From: a virus
Lineage: Duplodnaviria > Caudoviricetes
Virus record (IMG/VR): IMGVR_UViG_3300030376_004326
Location: 1 to 34,227 of that record
Strand: one strand, 5' to 3'
DNA: 34,227 nucleotides
Every line of letters starts with the position of its first letter. The stretch's first letter is position 1. The notes beneath the pieces are model-generated. The model was not told where the DNA came from, did not search any database, and saw only the letters and a list, made by a program, of their open reading frames with translations. Below, in pieces: positions 18,076 through 28,200 of the stretch. A program made the translations under genes and the position numbers.

Positions 18076-19245
18076 ATGGCTTTTTGGATACCACTAATTA
18101 CTAAAGGGCTTCAGATGTATGGTGCATCTCAAGCGGGGAAATCTGCTGCTAACGCAAACACCGTGGCTCAAGCACAGGCAGCACAAAATCAGCAAGCGGC
18201 ATTCTATCAGAATATGCTTCAGAGTTTAATGGCTGCTGGGAATGCTGGGTTTGCTAACTTTGCAACATATTTAAGCGAAGGAGAATATAAACCGGGACAA
18301 CTTAATTCTATGAGTGATGAGGCACTGCTTCGTATCGCTGATAAATATGGAGTTAGCCCTACTTACAGAACTGAATATGATTCTGTCGTTAAAAAACGAG
18401 GAGGAATATCAGGCTTCTTTGGTGGAACTAAAGTCAGAAGGAAAGCCAAGCAAGTTCTCAACAGGGAAGAGTTAATCGCTCAACTAGAACCTGAAGCTGT
18501 TAAACCTTTCGAGGAGAGAATGGGTAGGGACGCAATCGCGGCTTATGATGCATTCGGAACTCCAGAAGAGATGCAAGCAAGAGCTGAAGCGATCAAGCAA
18601 GAGTACGCTCCAACAGTTCAAGCAGGTGGTCAGGTAGTAAAGGATTTGTTTAGCGGCCAGATGCTACAGGATCAGTTAGCCGATCTAAAGCCAGTAGAAC
18701 AAGCTGAGTTAGATCAGTTAGCTGGAGTGCAAGACGCATTTGAAACTGAGAAAGCTAATCAGCTCAACATGATGAGAGCTTCTAACCTAGCTAATTATGG
18801 TGCTGCAAATACAGGGCTAGGCCAAAGAAGGTTAGGTGCCCAGATGGGTCTTGCTGCTGCTGAGAGAATGGCAAACAAAAGAGGGGCTTTAAATGTAGGG
18901 CAAGAATCAAGAAGGCTAGGGTTAAAGGATGCTGTAAGAAATATCCAATTACAAAACCCATCACTTGGCACTCAAACTGCACAGATGGCATCTAATTTTT
19001 CAGTGTTCCCTCAAGCTCAAGTTGGTCAACAACAGTTAATGAGATCAGGCATACTATCGCCACATAAAATTAGAGGGTATCAAGGACCAATGGTTACACC
19101 TTTAACAAATATTAAACCTGACACTTCAGCCGCAGGGCAAGGAGGGTTAACGGCTAACTTGTTCAAGGGTGCATATAAGCAGACAGGTGGTATGGAGGAT
19201 ATAATGGGTGGAGTGGAACAAGGTTGGGATAAAATATTTGGATAA
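18076..19245 (+). CDS. Probable DNA ejection/pilot protein
   Basis: Hydrophobic N-terminus then A/Q/G-rich helical sequence; first of the helical genes after the tail genes. Confidence 0.6.
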   Translation: MAFWIPLITKGLQMYGASQAGKSAANANTVAQAQAAQNQQAAFYQNMLQSLMAAGNAGFANFATYLSEGEYKPGQLNSMSDEALLRIADKYGVSPTYRTEYDSVVKKRGGISGFFGGTKVRRKAKQVLNREELIAQLEPEAVKPFEERMGRDAIAAYDAFGTPEEMQARAEAIKQEYAPTVQAGGQVVKDLFSGQMLQDQLADLKPVEQAELDQLAGVQDAFETEKANQLNMMRASNLANYGAANTGLGQRRLGAQMGLAAAERMANKRGALNVGQESRRLGLKDAVRNIQLQNPSLGTQTAQMASNFSVFPQAQVGQQQLMRSGILSPHKIRGYQGPMVTPLTNIKPDTSAAGQGGLTANLFKGAYKQTGGMEDIMGGVEQGWDKIFG

Positions 19246-20409
19246 ATGGCTTTTAAAAAAGGACACATGGCATGGTTGGGTGAGCTTGCTGCAAGAAGAA
19301 AATCCCAAAGAGGTGAGGATAATATCTCTTACAATCCTGAGCTTGCTGCATTAGCTGAAGGGCCAGAAGTATTTGAGGCAGGGTATGTAGATCCGAGAGC
19401 AAAGAATTACGAAGCTAAATTACCTACTCCTCCAGTATCGGCCGCTCCCGCTGTTGTCGCTCCTATTGTAGCTGCACAAGACTTTGCAAAAAACTATCAA
19501 ACTAATTTAGAAAGCGATCCTGAATATCAGAAGCTACAAGAGATTAATGAAATAGATTCTTTGATTGAACAAGGGCTTGGTAAATCCCAAGAGATTTTTA
19601 ATAAGAGAACTGGAGAAGGGCCGCTTCCATCTGAAGAAGTTCCTCCTGTGCCTATGCCAATAGTTGGAGAAGTTTCACCTGCTAATGATCTTGAGGCTTA
19701 TATAAATAATAATAACAAACAGAAAGCATCTCAGCTAACTGATGTTCTTAAAGAGATGAACAAAACTGTAAAGATGATGATGCCTCAGTTTGATCCTAAA
19801 GGTGATAAATATAATTATAAAGATGCCAAGGAAAAAGGTGGAAGGTTAGGAGATATTGGTTATCAAATGTACTCATCTCCAGACGATCACTGGTATAGCA
19901 GAATACCTTCAACTGGACAGATCTTAAAAGGAACTGGACATAAATCTTGGCCCCAGACTGTAGCAGGAGAAACCGCTGCTGGAAATGTAATCACAGAAGG
20001 CGAGGACGGCATGATGTATTCAAACCCACCTGTCACTCCTGTTTCTAGTTATGAGAATTTAATTTTAAACAACAATGAGTTGGCAAATATTGGAGCTATG
20101 ACTCTTGATAATATCCCAACAGATAGAATGCTTCTTCCAGCTAGGTTTGAAACAGCAGAACAAGCAGCCGCAGAGTTTGATAGATTAGATTCCGTTAATG
20201 AACCATACCCACCTGTAGTTTACATTGCTAATACAGGTCAGTATTTAGATATAACAACTAACCCAGACTTAGCTCCGTATGTTATGGGGCCAGAAGCATT
20301 GAAACTTTATAACGCTAATCTATTACCTAAATTAAAAGAGATTAATCTTAGAAATAAGAAAGCAAGAGTTAACAACGAATTACAACAAGTTAATAAGGAA
20401 CTTAAATAA
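19246..20409 (+). CDS. Hypothetical protein, probable internal virion protein
   Basis: 387-aa ATG ORF abutting its neighbours; P/E-rich linkers around a compact aromatic/His-containing segment. Confidence 0.7.
   Translation: MAFKKGHMAWLGELAARRKSQRGEDNISYNPELAALAEGPEVFEAGYVDPRAKNYEAKLPTPPVSAAPAVVAPIVAAQDFAKNYQTNLESDPEYQKLQEINEIDSLIEQGLGKSQEIFNKRTGEGPLPSEEVPPVPMPIVGEVSPANDLEAYINNNNKQKASQLTDVLKEMNKTVKMMMPQFDPKGDKYNYKDAKEKGGRLGDIGYQMYSSPDDHWYSRIPSTGQILKGTGHKSWPQTVAGETAAGNVITEGEDGMMYSNPPVTPVSSYENLILNNNELANIGAMTLDNIPTDRMLLPARFETAEQAAAEFDRLDSVNEPYPPVVYIANTGQYLDITTNPDLAPYVMGPEALKLYNANLLPKLKEINLRNKKARVNNELQQVNKELK
20255..20280 (+). repeat. 26-bp exact direct repeat, copy 1 (CAACTAACCCAGACTTAGCTCCGTAT)
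   Basis: Identical to 22012-22037; encodes TNPDLAPY. Confidence 0.95.
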
Positions 20410-22217
20410 TGGCTACTAACGATCCGTACAGTATTATGATGGGGTTAGGCACTATGGGCGATGACCATGATGATGACCTACGCAAACGAAGACTAGACGA
20501 AGAGTACAAGATTCGAGCTGAAGATAGAGCTGAACAAAGAGGAATTGCTAAAGAGTGGAGAGATGAAGATAGAGAGCAGCGAAGGTTAGATCATGTAAAT
20601 AACCTGAACTTTGATTTTCAAAAAAGGGTTAGCAAGTATAACGATCAGATAGCTACTAAAACTGAGGCTGCACAATTAGGGATACCATTTAAAGGTGTAG
20701 ATCCTTTCACTCTTAAAGCTCAGATAGCTAACTTTAAAGCCAATCAACAACCTGCTGATCTACTTATACTTGATAAGAAGTACATAGACAGATTGGATAA
20801 GGACGCAATGCAGACTGAAGACGATGCTCTGTTTGCCTCACAGATAAAATCCATGTCTCCAGAGGACTTACAAAGTTTACCTAGGAATGAAGCCTTAGCA
20901 ATTGTAACTAGAATAAAACCTTTTATTGATAAAGAGAAAGCTAAAGACGCAGAAGTATTGGTTCGTAACAACCCAAACTATAAAGCGTTTGTTGATAGAT
21001 ACAATAAAGGCGAAGCTAACATGATGGGGTATGTTCAAAAACTTCTAGTGCCTAGTCTTCTTCAACAAGGAACCAAGGGTGCTGATGTTAGTCATGCTGC
21101 GGCTTATGCAGTTCTAAAAGAAAATCCAGAATTCAATGAGATATTAAACAAGAAGCAGCAACAAGCTTTCATGTTGAATCCTACTCAATTCCTTGGGCAG
21201 TACGGAGATCCTAATAATGACGGAGGTATGTATGGCGTAGGAGCTAGGAACATGGAGAAAGGAGATCATAGTAAACTTTTCATGATGTGGGTTAATGCAA
21301 GAATACAAGCAAAGGGATTACTAGAGGGTGATAACCTTGAATTTAATATTGCAGACTCAAGCGGGAAACTAAGGGCAGCTCAAGGTGAAGATAAGTCAGC
21401 AGCTATTAAGTTCTTAAAAGAAGAGAATGCTCAGAAAGATTTTAATAATGCTAGAGAACAGTTCTTAAGGTTTGCCCCTGAACTAATGAGGCAACAATCT
21501 GATTTACTTAAATCTATACCTGATAGTTACAAGCCGTATATCTTTAGGGATATTGTTACTCAGGCTCAGGAGATGCAAAATGCAACACCTCAAGGTACAA
21601 CACAAGGTACACCAGCAACACCTCCAACATCAAAACGTCCATCTCTTCCGGGGCAAAGGCCAGCAGCATTAGGTGTCGATCAATCAACCGCTCCTACTTC
21701 ACCCGCTCCTAAACCTAGAGCGACTGCACCACTTCCTTCTGATGTAAATATAACAGGTGAAGCAGGAAAGCTAATGAACGCTCCACAAGGGCAGAAGTCT
21801 CCAGTTGAAATCGCAGAAGATGTTTTAGGAAATCAAGGTTTCTTTAACAGTCTTGCAACTGAAGGGATTGGTTCCTTAGTCCAAACACAAGATCCTCTTA
21901 GTAAAATTCAACAAGCTATAAGATTTTTAGAACAACAACAAAGGGCAGTATCTAACCAGTTGTCAAATAGAGGGGCATCCCGTAGCGGAAAAAGTATATC
22001 AATTTCAGATTCAACTAACCCAGACTTAGCTCCGTATCTTAATTTCGGTCAACCACAACTTAAGAAAAGTGCAGAGCAATTAAGGTCAGATCAAATTGAA
22101 ATACCCCAGTTATTTAAACAGTATGACGACATAGGTATTCAACTTAGCACGTTAAGAAAAGCCATAGAAGGACAGGCTGGACAAAAGCTCCCATTAGGGG
22201 CAGGTGCGAAACAATAA
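20409..22217 (+). CDS. Probable internal virion/ejection protein
   Basis: 602 aa; charged coiled-coil N-terminus, P/T-rich linker; precedes the giant protein. Confidence 0.65.
   Translation: MATNDPYSIMMGLGTMGDDHDDDLRKRRLDEEYKIRAEDRAEQRGIAKEWRDEDREQRRLDHVNNLNFDFQKRVSKYNDQIATKTEAAQLGIPFKGVDPFTLKAQIANFKANQQPADLLILDKKYIDRLDKDAMQTEDDALFASQIKSMSPEDLQSLPRNEALAIVTRIKPFIDKEKAKDAEVLVRNNPNYKAFVDRYNKGEANMMGYVQKLLVPSLLQQGTKGADVSHAAAYAVLKENPEFNEILNKKQQQAFMLNPTQFLGQYGDPNNDGGMYGVGARNMEKGDHSKLFMMWVNARIQAKGLLEGDNLEFNIADSSGKLRAAQGEDKSAAIKFLKEENAQKDFNNAREQFLRFAPELMRQQSDLLKSIPDSYKPYIFRDIVTQAQEMQNATPQGTTQGTPATPPTSKRPSLPGQRPAALGVDQSTAPTSPAPKPRATAPLPSDVNITGEAGKLMNAPQGQKSPVEIAEDVLGNQGFFNSLATEGIGSLVQTQDPLSKIQQAIRFLEQQQRAVSNQLSNRGASRSGKSISISDSTNPDLAPYLNFGQPQLKKSAEQLRSDQIEIPQLFKQYDDIGIQLSTLRKAIEGQAGQKLPLGAGAKQ
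22012..22037 (+). repeat. 26-bp exact direct repeat, copy 2
   Basis: Identical to 20255-20280; encodes TNPDLAPY in this gene's frame too. Confidence 0.95.
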
Positions 22218-22218
22218 A

Positions 22219-22235
22219 GTGACACTAAATTTAGT
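22219..22235 (+). promoter_or_regulatory. Conserved motif copy 4 (GTGACACTAAATTTAGT)
   Basis: 17/17 identical to copy 3; fills most of the 24-nt gap before the giant gene; no TTGA hexamer upstream. Confidence 0.8.
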
Positions 22236-22241
22236 AATACC

Positions 22242-25200
22242 ATGCCTAATCAGATAGTAGACCATTATCGTAATGAAAATCCTGGCTCACAACTTACTGA
22301 TGAAGAGATAACGCTACACTATGCGGAGCAGTATTCAGATGAACTGCCTAATCTTCTTCAGACGTATCCTGATTTTGCCGCAGATTATAGTGCCATCTAC
22401 GATCGTGCATTCCCTTTAACAGCAGGAGACAAGGCAGCACAAGCTGGTAAGTCTTTGATTGGCGGGATTGCTGGTACGATAGGATCAATACCTGAGTCTC
22501 TAGGCATACTTCAATCTGAGACTCTGGGTAGACTTGGTATAGGAGAGAGAGACTTTAGAGAAACCTACATGGGCCAGATCGCTGGTGGCATCAGGGGTGC
22601 AGGGGATTATGTATCTCCAGAAGTTCCAGTGGGTAAGGCTGAAAGAATGGCTGATAGCTTCTGGTTAACCAAGGCTCCCGGTGCATTAGGTTCTGGTGTT
22701 GGGTTCATTGGAATGGGTGGACCGACAGGTAAATTAGTCCAATCATTTTTAAGGGGTGGTGTTGAAAAGAAAGCTAGAGATATTGCTGAATCAACAGCTA
22801 AGTCTACTCTAGGAAAGACACCGATTAATCCGTGGACTCAAGCTGGTGTTCAACACATGGCTAGGGACAAGGGTGTAGAAGCTGCACAGAAATACGCTAA
22901 GGAAGCTGCACAGAGAGCTAACACTGGAACTATTGCAGGGCTAGGTGCTGCCGCGAATGCTGCGGGTGGGTACAGAGATGCTTTGGCTAATGGCGCAACA
23001 CCAGATCAAGCAGTAGCATCATACATTCTTAACGGCATTGTTGGTACGTCTGAAGCTATACCTTTAGCTAGGATGCTGAATAGGTTAGACACTGCTAGTG
23101 GAGGTACGCTCATGTATTTCCTTAGCAACGCCGCTGTTGAAACATTTGAAGAGGCAGTGCAGGAAGCAGCTCAAGGTGCAGCAGGAGATATAATTGCAGC
23201 TAACATTGTCCAGTACGATCCAGACAGGGAACTGTTTAAAGACCTAGCTGAAGATGCAGCAGCAGGTGGTGTATCAGGTGCAATCCTTTCTTTATTCGCA
23301 TCTGCCATAAACCGAAAGGTATCTAGATTAGACTCATCTGAAAAACCAATGGGTACTACTGGTGCTGACGTTGATGATGAAGGAAACATAGATCCTAGAG
23401 TTGAAGAACTTTTTACAACTACAGCCGATGTAGCCAGAGAAGCATATAAGGATGATCCAAAAACTCTTGAGGCTATAGAGAACCTAGTTAGAAAGACTGT
23501 TGATAATCTCTCGTCTACACCTAGGAATGCTGATGAGCTTTCATTAAGAGCTAAAGAAGGTGACGAGATAAGAAGTGAGTACGATAAACTTGTAGCAGGA
23601 AATCCTAATGCTGATGTGGTTTACAGGGTTGCATTGTTTAAAGCTATGCATCGTCAGTCAGCAGAGAAGGGTAGTGTCACACTAAAAGCGAATTTAGCTG
23701 ACCCATTTGCTCCTGTTGCAATCGAAGAGAAAACAATAGATCAAACAGTTCCAGGTCTTGCTGTTGAAAAACCAGAAAAGATTGTAGGTCGTGAAGGTGG
23801 TGGGGCGGCACTATCTCAATTAGCTAAAACACTAGGAGTTCCATTTATGGAGGGTGAAGAAACAGAAGCACCCACCGCAGAGGAAGTAGTAGAGGAAGTA
23901 CCCCAAGAGATAGAACAAACACCTGACCCTTCATTAGACTTTAGAGCTAGAGCAAGAAAAACTGCCGTTGGAAAAAATGTCTCTCCCATTGGGTTAAGAT
24001 ATGCAGCCTTACAGCAACGAGAAGCGGAGGAGCAACCTACTAAGGAAAGGGAACGACCAAGTGCAATACTCCCTACGGCTGGGGGTCTTAAACAGGTAAG
24101 GCAAGGTAAAGAGGTAGCTCTTTCTAATTTAACTAAGAAAGCTGTAGCTGCTGAAGAAAAGGGAGAACCTACTGGTGAGATGCTTGGTAAGATGTTGTCC
24201 CTTGAGAATGATATTGCAGTTCTAAATAAAAAAATAAATGAAATTGAAGAGTCTAAAAAATCTACTCTTAGCTCTGCGGAGAACAATGATGCTAACGCTA
24301 GAAATTCCATCCTCTTAGGAGGTCAGCAAGTAATTGAAAAAGCTAATAAAAGTATAGAGACAAATGAAAAGAAGATTGGTGTTATCGAGAAGCAAGTTGA
24401 GCAGTCACCTGAAGATTCAAACAAGTTACTTAATGTTAAGTCTAATTTAGGTGAAGTTCGTAGGCTTCAAACACAAAAGGAAACTCTTAGGACTAAAAGA
24501 ATAGAACGAAAAGAAAAACTTGTTGATGAAGAGAATCAAGAAAAACCAAAACAGAAATTTATAGATGGCCATAAAAAAGCATTAGCTGAGATTGATGCTA
24601 AGATTAAAAAAATTGATGACACGATACTTCAAATTGAAACAAAGGTAAAAGGGTTTACAGCAGAGGAAGTAGAGTCAGGTGAAGCGACACTTAGCACACC
24701 TCAAGGAGCAGCAACAAAAAAAGTTTTAGATGATTATACAGCAGCAGCAAGTAGGAAGGCTGAAGCTGAACTTGCATCAAGAGATGCGGATGAAAACAAT
24801 CCTTTAAGCATTGCGAATATAGATGTTGATGTTAGCAATAAAGACAACGTAGTTAAAGCTGGCCCTGCTTATTATGAGTTTGGTGAACTTGGTCAAGGAG
24901 AAACCACCACAACTGAATTTTCTAATCAAGCAACATTTATTCTAGAAAAATATAGCGAAGCAGGATCAGAAGCCGAACAAGATAAGATTGCAAATAGACT
25001 TGCTACCGTTTTGGCCAGAGGTTCTTTTGATAAACTTACATCCTCTGGAACAAGAAGACAGATAGTATTCAAAGCACCAGATGGAAAAGTTTGGGTATTA
25101 GGATTACATAGAGGAGGTAAGGGCAATTCAAAATGGATGGTTACTCCACCTTTAACTGATTCAAATGATCCATCTTATCAAGGATTAGAATTTTCAGAGA

Positions 25201-28200
25201 TATTAAAGTCAGGCTTTGTTCCGTTTGCAGCAATCAGATTCAAGTTAGCTGCACAAAAATTTAATTACCAAGTAGGCAGTGTCTCGGAATTTAAAGATCT
25301 TGTTAATGAAACAAAACTACAAGTTGTCAATACACCTGCATACCTGAAACAAGCTGGGTCACTTAAGGCTGCAAGTAAGATCAGTATAGAAAACCTAATT
25401 GACACACTAGAAGTAACAAGAGGAGCAGGTGGTGATGTTGTTGATTCAGCAGAAGATCCAGAGCAATTTTCTAAGACTATATCACAAGAGCTTATTGAAA
25501 ATGCACCAGCTAAAGAGGTTACAGATCTAAGTGATGCAGCGTATTTCACAGAGGAATCAGCAGGATTTATCTATGACCTTATAGACGCAGGAATGCAGGA
25601 GGATTCTGAGTTAACTGCTGAAGTGGCTATTGCAGAGGCTATTGATAACATACAAGAAGCTAATGAGGCTTTATGGAATCAACTTAAAGGACTTGGTGTT
25701 ACCAGCGAAGAGTTAATTAAATTTTCAGAAAAAATAGAAAAAAGAATAAAAAATGGATTTAAAGAATATGGACAAACAAGAGAAACCTTTATCGAGGGAG
25801 TTATTAACGACGATGCTATTCAAGAAATTGCGACAAGCCTACAAAAACAAACAATCAAAAACTCTCGGCAAGAACAGCGAGAAACAGACGAATTAGTTGA
25901 GGGAGATCAGCAGTCTACAAATAAGAATGCACCTGATCGTCCAGCTAATGCATACCCTAGAGTTCCGCAAGCCAAGTTAAATAGGATATTCACGTTCCTT
26001 ATAGAGAGGATGAAGTCCCTTGGTGTGCAGGTAGAGATTACCGAGAAGGAATTTGCCAACGCTGAGAGTAAATCAAGGGCGATGTTCGGTGTTGCTAATG
26101 GTAAACCTTTCATAGTGCTGGCAATGAACGCTATGGAAAGCCCTACAGTAGAGAACCTGTATGATCTTCTACATGAGATAGGACACGCAGCAACAAACGA
26201 TTTACTAGAAGGAGACAGAGCAAGAGTACTTAAGGCGATCTCTCAATTAAAAGATGTCACACTAAGGATTCCAGGTCGTAAGTATAAGTACGAAACTGAC
26301 GCTGAAGTTGCAGAAGAAACAGTACAGGAAGAAAGACTTGTTGAAGCATTAGCAGAAGCATTAATTAATAATGAGTTCGATCCTACCACTGCCAATAATA
26401 TTGCAACTAAGATTGTAAAGTTCTTCAAGGATTTATTCTTAGCAGTCAAGCAAGCCTACCACCGCATGATCGGGAATGAAGGTCAGGTTGCAATGGACTA
26501 TTTTAGAATCCAAGTGGAGGCAATGCTAACGGGTAATCATGCACCTAAATACATAAGCTGGATTTCAGGATACAAGTACAGTGTCAGTGAGAGGATGAGT
26601 TCAATGGAGATGGTTGACTCTGATTCCTTAATTGATTCTGTTCATAGCTTAAACAATAAGACTGTCCAGTATAAGGAAGTTGTCGGTGATTCACCTGAAG
26701 CAGTAGAGCATAATCTTCTTTTCACTAAAGTAATGTTCGCTCCTGATCGTGATATGTATGACCAAGTTGATCTTGCCGTTGTACGAATGGAAGCACAAAG
26801 GATCATAGCAACTAACAATGCTTTAAAAGAGATACTATCAGACCTACACGATTCATTCAGAAGAACGAGTGGCGTTTATGGGAAGATGAGTAAAGAGAAC
26901 TTCATTAAGGAAATTACTAATAATAAACTACCTGATGAGAGGATTAAAAAAGCCTTGGAAATATCCGGCGACCCGTCACTCGCTGACACACAACTGCAAG
27001 ATCTCGAAGTCGAAGAGGCCAGACCCCGTGCTGCTGAAGCTCTTGATAAACTACTACGCCAGGTCGAGACTAACATAAGTTCACTACGCATCGAGGCTGA
27101 CACTCAGTTATCTTTTGATGTTAAGGCATCAGCGGTTAGTAGGCATAAGGAACTCCAAATAAAACTAAACCTTCTTGCTTCAAACTATGAAAGTTTACGG
27201 GAGGTTCAGAACAGAATTGTTGAAACAGTTGATGAAGTAGTAAAAGGCAAAGCAGAGAAGACGGACAACATGATTAGCAAAGCCCTAAGCGAAATGGGTG
27301 AGACTGCTACTGATGAAGAGATTCAAAAAGCAAGAGACGCAATTGTAGGTAGAGGCAAAGCAACTGACCGAGCATTAAACATAGCTAGGGCAGAGCGAAT
27401 TACTGATGCATTTGAAAGGTTAGCCACGTTAGTTAGCAATGAAGCATCACTTGGTGCTATCCCTTGGAGAAATGCTAAGAAGATAAAAGAGTTTATTGAA
27501 TCATTGGGTGATCCGTTACTAGAAGTATTTAATGATCCAGCGATGCTCGCGTTAGCAATAGCTGTGGCTCGTAGGCAAAAAGCATTAATGAGTCTTGTTT
27601 CATTGAGGAGAGAATCTGATGTGGATGGCTGGAAGGTGGCATTTAAAACAGCAATAAAAACTGCAATAGATGGAAACATCGAAAACGCCTTAAAGGGTTG
27701 GCGTACATATGTGGATGGAGACAGGACTAAAAGCGGTGCGTTTACTCGTATTACAAGGAAGGCAGAGATAGCTCTGTTTGAGTTTACTGAAGCGTTAGAA
27801 AAATCTCGTAATGTATTTCAAGAAAGGATTACCGCTGAAAGAGACTTAAAAATCTATGACGCAGTAATGCCAAGGCTAGGAGAAAAACTTGAGAGAATTG
27901 GTTCTTTATTCAGAAGAGAGAGTATCTTTCCTGATTGGTTCAGAGGGGCAGCTAGTTCCGGTAAAGAATGGGCAGCAGTTGATGGGGCTTTATATGTAGT
28001 TCCTCCATCTCCTGATTCCACAATAAATGAACTTAAGAACGAAGATAATCAAAAGACACTTAACCTCAGAGATATAAAAGAAATCGGAGGTATCGTACAA
28101 GACATCGAGAAGATGAACAGTTGGTTGCAGAAGCAGCCTGAAAGTCGTCGTGGTGGAGAGTACTACATGATTAAAAGGATGGTAGACAGGATGACTGAAA

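Noticed and set aside
22203-22230. dif-like 28-mer GGTGCGAAACA-ATAAAG-TGACACTAAAT (E. coli dif: GGTGCGCATAA-TGTATA-TTATGTTAAAT)
   Set aside because: Matches fall in the outer arms (8/11 and 7/11) while the conserved inner CATAA/TTATG are missing; the left arm is coding sequence and other motif copies lack it.
23676-26265. Motif-like GTCACACTAAAA (23676-23687) and GTCACACTAA (26256-26265) inside the giant gene
   Set aside because: Both are in-frame Val-Thr-Leu codons and lack the TAGT right half; not supportable as sites.
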